From positions 1-50,202 of the IMG/VR virus record IMGVR_UViG_3300017613_000718: a DNA stretch of 50,202 nucleotides. One strand, 5' to 3'. The translations under genes were made by a program, and so were the position numbers. This DNA is from a virus. Positions 1 through 7,883 of the stretch are shown piece after piece (positions within the stretch are counted from its first letter, which is position 1; every line of letters begins with the position of its first letter). The notes beneath the pieces were generated by a model. It was not told the DNA's origin and did not search any database. It was given only the letters and a program-made list of their open reading frames with translations.

Positions 1-121
1 TCGAGCCCGGCACCAAACGTGTCACCGAGATCCTCGACAGCAAGTTCCCATGCGACTTCAGCGTGAACTTCCGTGGCCAACGTGGCGGGGAAGCGAAGGT
101 GAACGACGAGATCCAGCTCAA
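1..121. repeat. terminal direct repeat copy 1 (identical to 50082-50202); marks circular closure or terminal redundancy
   Basis: Compared base by base with the last 121 nt of the window: identical. Confidence 0.97.
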
Positions 122-542
122 TATCAACCGCTTGCTGCTCGACCAGCAACCTTGGGCTATCGACGCAGGCTATGACCCCGACAACGTGGTGCTCACCATC
201 GACGACCACTCATGCGGCGGGTATACCCGTGCCACACCCATCGCTCTCTGGGCAGAGCACCTCGACGAAGCCACCATCCTCAACACAGTGCCTGCGAACG
301 GGAAGAAACCTGCCATCCACACCGTGGCTGAGATCATCGCGTATCACGAAGGCGCACGTCTGGAATACGAAGCCGCACCGCATGAAGAGAAAGTGAAAGG
401 TGACGCTCGTGCCGAGGTCGCCGCACGCATCCCGCTTGTGGGTGAGACTCAGTGGAACCACTCGAAGTGCGACAAGATGTGTGAGGTGCGAGACATTTGC
501 AATAAGCTTGTGCGCGAGCATGGGAGGCCGGGAGATGTTTGA
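1..542 (+). CDS. Cas4/RecB-family PD-(D/E)XK exonuclease, C-terminal part (same gene as 49676-50202)
   Basis: The frame is open from base 3. Motifs: GQVDV and EILDSKF (D...DxK nuclease motifs), QLNINRLL (Q-motif-like), and C-terminal CDKMCEVRDIC (Cx3Cx5C), which with the N-terminal Cys gives a 4-Cys Fe-S pattern. The GTG at 63 listed in the ORF track is not the true start. Confidence 0.75.
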   Translation, partial: EPGTKRVTEILDSKFPCDFSVNFRGQRGGEAKVNDEIQLNINRLLLDQQPWAIDAGYDPDNVVLTIDDHSCGGYTRATPIALWAEHLDEATILNTVPANGKKPAIHTVAEIIAYHEGARLEYEAAPHEEKVKGDARAEVAARIPLVGETQWNHSKCDKMCEVRDICNKLVREHGRPGDV

Positions 543-786
543 ACCTGTTGCACAATCTCAACGTATCAACAAAGCACTCAATCCCAAAATGACCCAGTTG
601 GCAGACGACTTGGCGAGCATCGCTAATGAACTGGAGGTCAGCTTAACCAGTTTGTACCAATATGTAGCGCTCCAGATATTACAAACGGTTCCATTAGCGA
701 GAATGGCAGCTGCGCGAGACGACGCTGCTGCTGTACGTCACGCAGAAGCCACGATGGACGACGGCTACGGATCGGTGGACGACTAG
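535..786 (+). CDS. hypothetical protein (83 aa)
   Basis: ATG 535 is preceded by gggaggccgggag. It overlaps the nuclease stop by 8 nt and lies in frame with track ORF 400..786. Confidence 0.55.
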   Translation: MFEPVAQSQRINKALNPKMTQLADDLASIANELEVSLTSLYQYVALQILQTVPLARMAAARDDAAAVRHAEATMDDGYGSVDD

Positions 787-788
787 CC

Positions 789-2729
789 ATGCCACGCACT
801 AAACGACACGTACCCGGCGTTGGCCCCTACACCGCCCCCTTACTATGGATCGGTGAAGCCCCCGGCCAGACCGAGGAGCGCCGAGGCATTCCATTCGTAG
901 GTGTCTCAGGCAAACGTGTGCGCCACCACCTCAGCAACCATGGCATCGATGCTGAGGACATTCGTATCAACAACGTCATCCCCATCAACGTGGGCAAGAT
1001 CACAGCTCAAAACCGTGACACCTTGTGCGCCTCCTGGTGGGACAACATCACTGACGACCTGGCTCGCATGTCTCCCCGAGTGATCGTGGCTTGTGGCGGC
1101 GTTGCGTTAAGGAGACTGACGAGCTTAACTGACATTACTAACGAATCGGGAGGGGTGATACACTCTAGCACTATCGGTGAAAGTATCACGATCAAGCAGC
1201 GCCGCCTTCCCACACACTTACCTGACGATACCCTTGTGATCCCCATCGTCCACCCTGCCGGCATCATGCGAACCAAGGTGGGCGGTGGCTGGGATCACTT
1301 CGATCGTATCGTGGCACGCATCGCACGCTACGCTACGGGTGCTCTCGAACTACGGCCCCCCAAGCCACATGTCGTCACTCGATTCAAGGCCGACGTACTC
1401 GACCGCGTCCTCACCGAAGCCAGCATCGTCTTCATCGACACCGAATACAACATCGACGACCACATCCCATATCTCATCGGCCTGACCACTGACAAGCTCG
1501 ACGAGCACACCGTCTACAGCTTCGCTCCACACGAGCGCTACGTCGATGTCCTGGCCAAGCACTTCGCCCGCTCAGACCTTCTAAAGGTAGCGCACAACTA
1601 CATGGCAGACGTGCAAGCTCTTCACACTCTAGGTGTGCGTTGGCACCACCCATCGTATTGCACGATGCTTGCTGCGAGCGCGCTCTATCCTGACCTACGA
1701 ATAGGCTTGAACCACGTTGCGCTTTTGTACCTAGACCACATCCGTAATTGGAAGGACATGGCGCACGATGATCCTGAATACAATGCGCTGGATGTGATGT
1801 ATATGCGGATGCTCTTCCCAACGCAACGTCAAGAGATAGCGGCTGCTGGGATGCAACGCCTCCTTACTGAAGAGATCTTCCCGGTCGCACCACTATGCAC
1901 TGCGCTTGAGGTTCGAGGGCTGAGAGTGGATGCGGATATCCAGGCTGAGATGATCGCTGAACGGCAGGCTGAATACGAAGCGACTGAGGCACGGGTCCAA
2001 GATGCTGTGAAGGAGATGTGCGCGAGCAAAAGCGCTGCGATAGAGATCGAGATCCAGCACTTCCAACACGAACACGATTATTATGAAGCGGGCGCTCGTC
2101 GAGCGGTCACCATCCCATGCCCGCTGCACCCTGACTACATCGGCGTGCGTAAGAAGCGATTCGCTACCACCACAGCATGCGAATGCGCCACGATCTACGA
2201 AGCCGTGGCACCCCAACGTGAAGGCATGCGCGAGAAGAAAGCGCAGGTTACCAAGCAGAAAACGAAGCTCAAGAAGTGGACCACCAAAGGCTTCAACCTG
2301 CTCTCGTCCCATGATCTCCGCTGGCTGTTGTACAATGAAGAGGGCTACGGTCTGCCGCCACAACGTAAAGATGGCCGCATCACGACCGACGCAGACGCCG
2401 TGGCCAAGCTGAAACTGATGCTCTATGACAATCGTGCGAAGATCAAATCTAAGTACCATCGCACGAACTGGGAGGAGATCACCAAGGTGCTCAAGGACAT
2501 CAAGCATTGTCAGCACCTGCGGAAGTTCATCAGCACCTTCTTGCAACCTCCAGTAGACGCGCATGGTATAGCGCACCCGCCATATAGACCATGGGGTGCT
2601 GGATCAGGTCGCCCAGCATCAGGGAAGGATGCGGTCGTGGCCTCTGATCGAGGCGCATCAGAGTACACGTTCAACGCCTTGAATATTCCAGACAAATGTC
2701 GGCGGATCTTTATCCCGCACAAACGGTGA
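789..2729 (+). CDS. family-A DNA polymerase, part I: UDG-like domain + 3'-5' exonuclease + N-terminal portion of the polymerase domain
   Basis: GEAPGQTEE..PFVGVSG..HPAG are family-4/5 UDG-fold motifs. FIDTEY, HNYMADVQAL and YNALDV are Exo I-III. The C-terminus GSGRPAS...FNALNIPDKCRRIFIP aligns by eye with Klenow TGRLSS..PNLQNIP..RRIRQAFIAP and stops just before motif A. Confidence 0.85.
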   Translation: MPRTKRHVPGVGPYTAPLLWIGEAPGQTEERRGIPFVGVSGKRVRHHLSNHGIDAEDIRINNVIPINVGKITAQNRDTLCASWWDNITDDLARMSPRVIVACGGVALRRLTSLTDITNESGGVIHSSTIGESITIKQRRLPTHLPDDTLVIPIVHPAGIMRTKVGGGWDHFDRIVARIARYATGALELRPPKPHVVTRFKADVLDRVLTEASIVFIDTEYNIDDHIPYLIGLTTDKLDEHTVYSFAPHERYVDVLAKHFARSDLLKVAHNYMADVQALHTLGVRWHHPSYCTMLAASALYPDLRIGLNHVALLYLDHIRNWKDMAHDDPEYNALDVMYMRMLFPTQRQEIAAAGMQRLLTEEIFPVAPLCTALEVRGLRVDADIQAEMIAERQAEYEATEARVQDAVKEMCASKSAAIEIEIQHFQHEHDYYEAGARRAVTIPCPLHPDYIGVRKKRFATTTACECATIYEAVAPQREGMREKKAQVTKQKTKLKKWTTKGFNLLSSHDLRWLLYNEEGYGLPPQRKDGRITTDADAVAKLKLMLYDNRAKIKSKYHRTNWEEITKVLKDIKHCQHLRKFISTFLQPPVDAHGIAHPPYRPWGAGSGRPASGKDAVVASDRGASEYTFNALNIPDKCRRIFIPHKR

Positions 2730-2794
2730 CGATATGATGCTCGTAGACGTGGCACTACCCAATCCAATCTGGGATTACATAGATGGAGGGATAG

Positions 2795-3043
2795 ATGATG
2801 AAGTGGAAGACGCTACTAGCGATAGCGGTACTGACGTTGGCACCACTGGTGTCGATGCTGGAGCAGGACTGTCAAGCGCGGTTCGACGCACCAAGCTCAA
2901 GAGTGGAGGCCACACAGACTGACGCACCCGATGTAATCCTGGATGATGGAGCACCGATCAAGGTAGCAGACGACATCTACCAACCGGTACCACTGGAGTA
3001 TGACCCGTTCACCGACGACGCTGATCCGATTAGTGATGATTGA
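2795..3043 (+). CDS. small secreted, very acidic protein (82 aa)
   Basis: SD ggaggg upstream of ATGATG. N-terminal signal-like segment KWKTLLAIAVLTLAPLVSM. The C-terminal half is D/E/P-rich. Confidence 0.6.
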   Translation: MMKWKTLLAIAVLTLAPLVSMLEQDCQARFDAPSSRVEATQTDAPDVILDDGAPIKVADDIYQPVPLEYDPFTDDADPISDD

Positions 3044-3121
3044 CCATTGAAGGCGGCTGGTGCGGCAACAAGTCGATGGCTCGACCTAAGGATGCGCTAG
3101 CCACGCATACCCGCACCGGTC

Positions 3122-3138
3122 GCCTTCGTTGAGAGGAG
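3122..3138 (+). repeat. boundary repeat copy 1 (GCCTTCGTTGAGAGGAG), contains the SD of the downstream gene
   Basis: This 17-mer is shared with 3323-3339 and 3754-3770. Confidence 0.9.
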
Positions 3139-3142
3139 AAAC

Positions 3143-3322
3143 ATGGAAGTAACAGGACAGGTAGGCAGAGAGCGGTTGGCTTCGATTATCGAAGGCAAGA
3201 TTCAAGCGCTTGAAAGTGACATCAACGTGTACCGGTTGTTCTTGAAACTGTTCGCCGACATCGAAGAAGGCAGTCCAGACGAGGAACGGTTGTGGTCCTA
3301 CTTCGTGAAGTTAGGCCGGTGA
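3143..3322 (+). CDS. hypothetical helical protein (59 aa; below the ORF-track cut-off)
   Basis: Hand translation: MEVTGQVGRERLASIIEGKIQALESDINVYRLFLKLFADIEEGSPDEERLWSYFVKLGR. ATG is 5 nt after gagaggag. The TGA is the first 3 nt of repeat copy 2. Confidence 0.6.
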   Translation: MEVTGQVGRERLASIIEGKIQALESDINVYRLFLKLFADIEEGSPDEERLWSYFVKLGR

Positions 3323-3339
3323 GCCTTCGTTGAGAGGAG
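3320..3339 (+). repeat. boundary repeat copy 2 (TGAGCCTTCGTTGAGAGGAG)
   Basis: Exact 20-mer, identical to 3751-3770. It begins with the upstream gene's stop codon and ends with the SD of the next gene. Confidence 0.95.
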
Positions 3340-3345
3340 ATACGC

Positions 3346-3750
3346 ATGAGTGAAGTGGATATCAAAGTATCTGAAGATCTAATTCGTGGGATCATCGAAA
3401 CCAAAGTCCAGACTGCTATTACGGAGGCGTTGTCCGAAGAGTCGAGCGTTGTCGAGAACGTTGTGACCGCCGCGCTGACGCAGAAGGTTAGCAGCACGGG
3501 CAGCGTGTCCCGCTACGCAACAGACAACAAGTTCTCGTACCTGGACGTGCTTTGCAAGAAGTTGATACGGGAAGCTGCTGAGGCGGCTATAGCAAGGTGG
3601 GTGGTGTCACGGAAAGAGGTGCTCGAAAAGGAGTTCTTGCGCCAGCTACAGACCAAGAAAACGTCCAGCCTAATGGTGCGAGCCTGCGTGGAAGGGCTGA
3701 CTGGAGCCGTGAAGGAGAAGTGGCGGTTCTCTGTGAGCTTCACTGATTAG
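3346..3750 (+). CDS. hypothetical protein (134 aa)
   Basis: Track ORF, preceded by the GGAGATACGC translation-initiation motif. Confidence 0.75.
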   Translation: MSEVDIKVSEDLIRGIIETKVQTAITEALSEESSVVENVVTAALTQKVSSTGSVSRYATDNKFSYLDVLCKKLIREAAEAAIARWVVSRKEVLEKEFLRQLQTKKTSSLMVRACVEGLTGAVKEKWRFSVSFTD

Positions 3751-3770
3751 TGAGCCTTCGTTGAGAGGAG
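3751..3770 (+). repeat. boundary repeat copy 3 (TGAGCCTTCGTTGAGAGGAG)
   Basis: Exact 20-mer, identical to 3320-3339. Confidence 0.95.
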
Positions 3771-3775
3771 GGGAG

Positions 3776-3997
3776 ATGGACGTAGGACTAAACCGACATC
3801 ACTCCAGGGTGTACTGGTTCATCAGGGACAACCCCGGAGCGCCACGGTCAACGACTATTGCCGAGGAGTGCGGTTACGAGATCAAAGACACTCGGCTGCT
3901 CCTCGCTGAACTTAGTAGACGCGGCTATGTGCAGCGAAGTAGACGCGGGCTATACCGACCCGCTGCTGACTTTCCAAGCATCGACCCAGCGCGTTGA
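3776..3997 (+). CDS. small winged-helix/HTH DNA-binding protein (73 aa)
   Basis: ATG 3776 follows gagaggagggg; the TTG at 3761 in the track lies inside the repeat. The pattern RVYWFIRDNPGAPRSTTIAEECGYEIKDTRLLLAELSRRGYV resembles MarR/wHTH recognition helix plus wing. Confidence 0.6.
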   Translation: MDVGLNRHHSRVYWFIRDNPGAPRSTTIAEECGYEIKDTRLLLAELSRRGYVQRSRRGLYRPAADFPSIDPAR

Positions 3998-4005
3998 GGT
4001 GAGGG

Positions 4006-4173
4006 ATGGAGATTGTATGGTTCGTGATTGGCTTCTTGAGCGGTGCTCTCGGGATTAACTATTGGTGGCTACGCTTCAACATGAAGAAGGCGCTGAGGAA
4101 TATGTACAACTTGGGCTACTCAGACGGGAAGCAGGGTGTGAGCCTGTGCCCGCCCCAACCCAGCGAGGAGTGA
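4006..4173 (+). CDS. small membrane protein (55 aa)
   Basis: Hand translation: MEIVWFVIGFLSGALGINYWWLRF... SD gaggtgaggg upstream. One predicted TM helix. Confidence 0.55.
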   Translation: MEIVWFVIGFLSGALGINYWWLRFNMKKALRNMYNLGYSDGKQGVSLCPPQPSEE

Positions 4174-4176
4174 GGG

Positions 4177-4266
4177 GTGACTATCTTCCTACTCAGTGGT
4201 GTTGTATTTGCGATACTGCTCGTAGTGGTGCTGGTGGTCACAGATACTGATGACTATGACTGGTAA
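4177..4266 (+). CDS. possible micro-membrane peptide (29 aa)
   Basis: GTG lies 4 nt after the previous stop and is preceded by gaggagtgagg. Sequence: TIFLLSGVVFAILLVVVLVVTDTDDYDW. Confidence 0.35.
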   Translation: MTIFLLSGVVFAILLVVVLVVTDTDDYDW

Positions 4267-4296
4267 CCCCCAACCCCGACCGGCAGTGAGGGTGAG

Positions 4297-4491
4297 ATGA
4301 CGTTGCACATTCCAGTGTGGGCTATACCGACAGCATTGACGGTGGGTTGCTTGTTCATGTTGTTCCGTCCCACAGGCGAGCACAACTGGCTGTCCGACGC
4401 CTTTACAACACTGGTGCGGCTGTTGTGGCTGATTCCAATCGGCTTCGTGTGGGCGATCTACTTTGCCGTGTTGTTGTGGCTGGCCGACTAA
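4297..4491 (+). CDS. small membrane protein, 2 TM (64 aa)
   Basis: Track ORF with SD gagggtgag and two hydrophobic helices. Confidence 0.65.
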   Translation: MTLHIPVWAIPTALTVGCLFMLFRPTGEHNWLSDAFTTLVRLLWLIPIGFVWAIYFAVLLWLAD

Positions 4492-4506
4492 CCCGAGGAG
4501 GACGGA

Positions 4507-4749
4507 ATGATTGAGGAGCGCGAACTACTAGACAGCATGCAAGATGCTTATCGTTTACGAAAACAACTCTCCATCGCCCTCAAGGCGTTGGGGGAGATCG
4601 CTAATGACCCGCACTGTGACTATTCCGTTGTGGCTGGCGGTGGATCATACGGCACTGGTGTAGCAGACGGTCACCGTTGCGCCGCCAAGAAAGCCCGCAC
4701 CGCAATAGCCAAGATCAAGGGGGGAGATGAGCAAAGAACAGACACTTAA
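4507..4749 (+). CDS. hypothetical protein (80 aa)
   Basis: Track ORF with SD gaggaggacgga. Confidence 0.7.
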   Translation: MIEERELLDSMQDAYRLRKQLSIALKALGEIANDPHCDYSVVAGGGSYGTGVADGHRCAAKKARTAIAKIKGGDEQRTDT

Positions 4750-4990
4750 AGACTTTGAGGCTGAGTTCCGCCAACTGTTCCCGGTTGGCATGCGAAGCGG
4801 CACAGACGCCACACTGGAGTTCATCATTGGATTCGAGTTGTTCAATACGCGACCGTACCACAACTACGAAGATTGGTCTCAGGGATGGCGACTGACCGTT
4901 GGCGATGTGGTCATTGAGACCGAATACTTGCACGAGTTGTTGCCGAAATACCGCAACCAACGCGACCAGGACGGAGGCGGGGATGAGTGA
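4727..4990 (+). CDS. hypothetical protein (87 aa)
   Basis: Track ORF with SD aaggggggag. Confidence 0.65.
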   Translation: MSKEQTLKDFEAEFRQLFPVGMRSGTDATLEFIIGFELFNTRPYHNYEDWSQGWRLTVGDVVIETEYLHELLPKYRNQRDQDGGGDE

Positions 4991-5138
4991 CGAACGCATC
5001 GAAACGTGCTGTGAGTGTGACGTACCCACCGGCAGGGCTGGCAGACACGATGACTCGCTCTATTGTGCCTGTGGCGAAGGTCCGTTCTGCGAAGAATGCT
5101 ATGACAAGCACGACGATAAAAGGTGCAGTGATGAGTAA
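4983..5138 (+). CDS. Cys-rich mini-protein (51 aa, starts MSDER)
   Basis: In frame with track ORF 4899..5138. ATG overlaps the previous stop (ATGAGTGA). Sequence: CCECDVP...CACGEGPFCEECYDKH. Confidence 0.5.
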   Translation: MSDERIETCCECDVPTGRAGRHDDSLYCACGEGPFCEECYDKHDDKRCSDE

Positions 5139-5310
5139 AGAACAACGGTATCGGTGGCTTATACGTTGTAAATGCGGCAAGCACTGGACGGTCGTCGTAG
5201 AAGGCCGTGATGGACCGACAGACAAGCAGGCGCGCTGCCGTCGATGTAAACAGGTATCCGATAATGTGTCGATGGGGATGCGCGGAACAGGACTAGTGCG
5301 CGATGAGTGA
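5131..5310 (+). CDS. Zn-ribbon mini-protein (59 aa, starts MSKEQ)
   Basis: In frame with track ORF 4987..5310. Contains CKCG...CRRC. The start overlaps the previous stop. Confidence 0.5.
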   Translation: MSKEQRYRWLIRCKCGKHWTVVVEGRDGPTDKQARCRRCKQVSDNVSMGMRGTGLVRDE

Positions 5311-5485
5311 CGAACGGAAGGCGCGGTGTAGCTACTGTCAAGGACTAGGTTGGTGCGAGGGGACTGCATCGGAACACGACCCGCGTTGTGACGGTAGCTG
5401 TAGCGTCGGCTGCCCCGTGCCAGTACAGATACAGGTTGAGTGTGAAGTGTGCGAAGGATTAGGTGTGGAGAACGACAATGACTGA
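5303..5485 (+). CDS. DnaJ-type zinc-finger mini-protein (60 aa, starts MSDER)
   Basis: Two CxxCxGxG motifs (CSYCQGLG and CEVCEGLG), as in the DnaJ cysteine-rich domain. Confidence 0.6.
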   Translation: MSDERKARCSYCQGLGWCEGTASEHDPRCDGSCSVGCPVPVQIQVECEVCEGLGVENDND

Positions 5486-6254
5486 CCAAGAACGCTGCGG
5501 CTGTGGGTTTGAGGATTGCCCGCTGTGCTACCCGGATGCCACCCAACCCCGCAAGCCGCTGCCGTGTAACTGCGGTAGTCAGTACAACCGCGAACGGCTA
5601 CGTGAAGCCGGTGAGCGGTTCGCGGAGAAAGTGGAAGAGCGTATGAAGCAAGACCGCAAGCCGCCGGGGGTGGTTTGGCTCGACTGCACTAACAGCAATC
5701 ACGGGTACTACGAACTCAAAATGGAGCGTACCCGCGACACCGACACCCCCTACGTCCCGCAGGCGGATTACGAGGTGATGCAAAAAGCATTCACGAAGCT
5801 GAGTAACGTGTTGGTCGGCTTCTACCCACCTGATATACCGTGGGACGCAAGCCTATCAGCAGACGAGATGGCATTGAATATTCGCAGTTCCCATGAGCAA
5901 CAACTCCGCGAGGCGAGGGAAAGGATCAAGTCATGGGAGGTCCATTGCAAAGACTTTGCCGAACAGGTAGATGAACAGACAACCAAAATTGAACTGCTCA
6001 AAAAAGCGGTAGCATCTCGACACGACTACGGCCCCGCATCACCGGGCGAGCAGGAATGGGCATGGCAACAGTTCTGTAGGCGTAGCGGTTGGGCACCTGA
6101 TTCGCATCCGTCAGCAAAGGACGCCTACGTCAACGGCTATTGTGACGGCGACACTTACAGTGAAGGTGACGAGCAACGCAAGATACTCCGCAAAGAGATC
6201 GAACAGCTGAAGAAAAAGCTAACCGCTGCCGACCAACGCTACTACGAAACATGA
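5478..6254 (+). CDS. hypothetical protein with N-terminal Cys cluster and coiled coil (258 aa)
   Basis: ATG 5478 overlaps the previous stop. N-terminus CGCGFEDCPLC...CNCG. The C-terminal heptad-like region ends in EIEQLKKKL. Confidence 0.7.
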   Translation: MTDQERCGCGFEDCPLCYPDATQPRKPLPCNCGSQYNRERLREAGERFAEKVEERMKQDRKPPGVVWLDCTNSNHGYYELKMERTRDTDTPYVPQADYEVMQKAFTKLSNVLVGFYPPDIPWDASLSADEMALNIRSSHEQQLREARERIKSWEVHCKDFAEQVDEQTTKIELLKKAVASRHDYGPASPGEQEWAWQQFCRRSGWAPDSHPSAKDAYVNGYCDGDTYSEGDEQRKILRKEIEQLKKKLTAADQRYYET

Positions 6255-6264
6255 GGAGGTTAAC

Positions 6265-6912
6265 GTGACCAAGGATCGAAAATACACAATCCTGATGGTG
6301 GTCTGCTTAGCTATCGCTATCGCCGCCATGACAGCCACCGTCATACGCGGCCAAACCACCGGCAACCTCAACGTGCTGTGGGACGCAGTAGACCACCCTA
6401 ACCTCGCTGCATACGAAGTCTCAGCCACCGATGTTGACCCCTTCACCACGACTGAAACCGCCGCCTCACTCACTGTGCCACCGTGCGCTGCAGCGATCGT
6501 CAACGTGCGCTCCTTGCCAGCTGACACCGATCTCAACACCCCGAGCCCTTATGCTGTGCTCGAAGCCTGGCCCGACATGGAAATCACTGAAGTCACACCG
6601 CTCGTTCTCGACCTCGCGAACAACACATTAGACCTCATCATCACAGGCCAGAACATCCAACCTGGCACCGACATCATCGCAGGTGAGGAAGGCACACCAA
6701 CCTGGGACTACGCATTCATCGAAGATCAAACAGATTGTGGCGCGATCACCGGCACGCTTATCGCACCAGATACAGCACAGATAGGTGACCAAGTGCTGTT
6801 GACCGTGAAGGCACCCGATGGGCAGACGGTGGTCGCACCGCAGATGGTGGCTGTGATTATGACGGTTGAGGATCTCGATTCACCGACCGGGTTGAGAGCT
6901 GTTCGTCCATAA
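6265..6912 (+). CDS. membrane-anchored protein with FN3/Ig-like repeats (215 aa)
   Basis: GTG start after gaggaggttaac. N-terminal TM segment ILMVVCLAIAIAAMTATVI. Beta-rich T/V/D repeats follow. Confidence 0.65.
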   Translation: MTKDRKYTILMVVCLAIAIAAMTATVIRGQTTGNLNVLWDAVDHPNLAAYEVSATDVDPFTTTETAASLTVPPCAAAIVNVRSLPADTDLNTPSPYAVLEAWPDMEITEVTPLVLDLANNTLDLIITGQNIQPGTDIIAGEEGTPTWDYAFIEDQTDCGAITGTLIAPDTAQIGDQVLLTVKAPDGQTVVAPQMVAVIMTVEDLDSPTGLRAVRP

Positions 6913-6935
6913 CCAACGTCCAAGGAGATACGCGC

Positions 6936-7439
6936 ATGTCAAAACCAATCGAGAAACCTGACCCCAACCCTGAGTACAAGGTCCGAGAGCTACCAGGTGC
7001 GCTCTATTGCCGCAAGTGCGAGGTCGCCAAGCTCACCGACCCACAAGACGAGCGGCTCTTCAGGCGCATCAGCATGCGAGGTAGAGGGCAAGATCCGTCA
7101 GTGGAGCAGATACTCAAGGATCTACCTGGCCTCACAGCCACACAAGCCAAGGCCACATTGGTGTGCTGGTTCAATTGGGGCTGGTACGACTGGGGCATCA
7201 CGCTCACGAAAGGGTGGCTCACTGATTGGGGACGGTCGGTCATGCAACAGCCTTGCACTTGCGAGGGGATGGAGCGTTTCGCTAAGTGCAGGGATCTCCC
7301 ACGAAGGCTGACTTGGGAACGTGTCATGGGGCGAATGGTTGAGTGTCTTGAACTGGACCCGCCGCCTCCACCTAAGGAAAAGAAGTCATCAAAGAAGTCA
7401 TCAAAGAAGAAACGCACACCTCGAACGGTGCAAACATGA
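6936..7439 (+). CDS. hypothetical protein with Lys-rich tail (167 aa)
   Basis: Track ORF preceded by GGAGATACGCGC. C-terminus PPPPPKEKKSSKKSSKKKR. Confidence 0.7.
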   Translation: MSKPIEKPDPNPEYKVRELPGALYCRKCEVAKLTDPQDERLFRRISMRGRGQDPSVEQILKDLPGLTATQAKATLVCWFNWGWYDWGITLTKGWLTDWGRSVMQQPCTCEGMERFAKCRDLPRRLTWERVMGRMVECLELDPPPPPKEKKSSKKSSKKKRTPRTVQT

Positions 7440-7756
7440 ACAAAACAGAAGCTACTTTCACTCGTGCTTATCCAGGTACTGAAGACCGCCAGCTGGTCAT
7501 CGAAGCTGGAATGGAAAAGGTGGGTGACACTTTTGATCCATGGATCGACATCATCGTGCGCGTGAAGATCGCACGAGAAGGTGATGTGGTCCGTTATCGA
7601 CGTGTCCGCACGCAGATCACCGGGATGGAAGCGTATGCGTTGCTCGACGAGCTGTTCACAGCCACGCACGCAGCGCACGGGCCGCATGTTGACCCGCGAC
7701 AAGGGCGGTTGCCGTTCGACGACACCGAGGACGACTCCAATGACCCGCCTCGTTGA
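7436..7756 (+). CDS. hypothetical protein (106 aa)
   Basis: Track ORF with an ATGA overlap to the previous gene. Confidence 0.65.
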   Translation: MNKTEATFTRAYPGTEDRQLVIEAGMEKVGDTFDPWIDIIVRVKIAREGDVVRYRRVRTQITGMEAYALLDELFTATHAAHGPHVDPRQGRLPFDDTEDDSNDPPR

Positions 7757-7883
7757 GTGGTGCGCGGGGGCACACAGCTTCGGTTGGGGTTTCGCCCTTG
7801 GTGTGAGCTGTACGTTAGGTGTTCTGGGACTGGTGGGTTGGTGGGTGTGGATAACACCTGAGGAGGACGAGGATGCCAGCTAA
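7740..7883 (+). CDS. possible small membrane protein (47 aa)
   Basis: Internal ATG of track ORF 7581..7883. Sequence: MTRLVEWCAGAHSFGWGFALGVSCTLGVLGLVGWWVWI. It overlaps both neighbouring genes. Confidence 0.35.
   Translation: MTRLVEWCAGAHSFGWGFALGVSCTLGVLGLVGWWVWITPEEDEDAS

Noticed and set aside
63-542. GTG 63 as the start of a 159-aa ORF (as listed in the ORF track).
   Set aside because: The frame is open back to base 3 and is continuous with the ORF opened at 49676 once the 121-bp terminal overlap is merged. The listed start is an artefact of linearisation.
4911-5546. A 211-aa minus-strand ORF (and the similar 7004..7702 232-aa ORF).
   Set aside because: It is antisense to a run of tightly coupled plus-strand ORFs, has no SD and is a low-complexity R/S/P-rich product.
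2730-7872. A group I/II intron or an intein as the explanation for the split polymerase.
   Set aside because: The interval is packed with same-strand, SD-preceded small ORFs. Part I ends with a normal stop after ..IFIPHKR and part II starts with its own SD and ATG. No intein N- or C-terminal blocks and no obvious intron-like structured, ORF-poor RNA were seen. Splicing still needs experimental exclusion.
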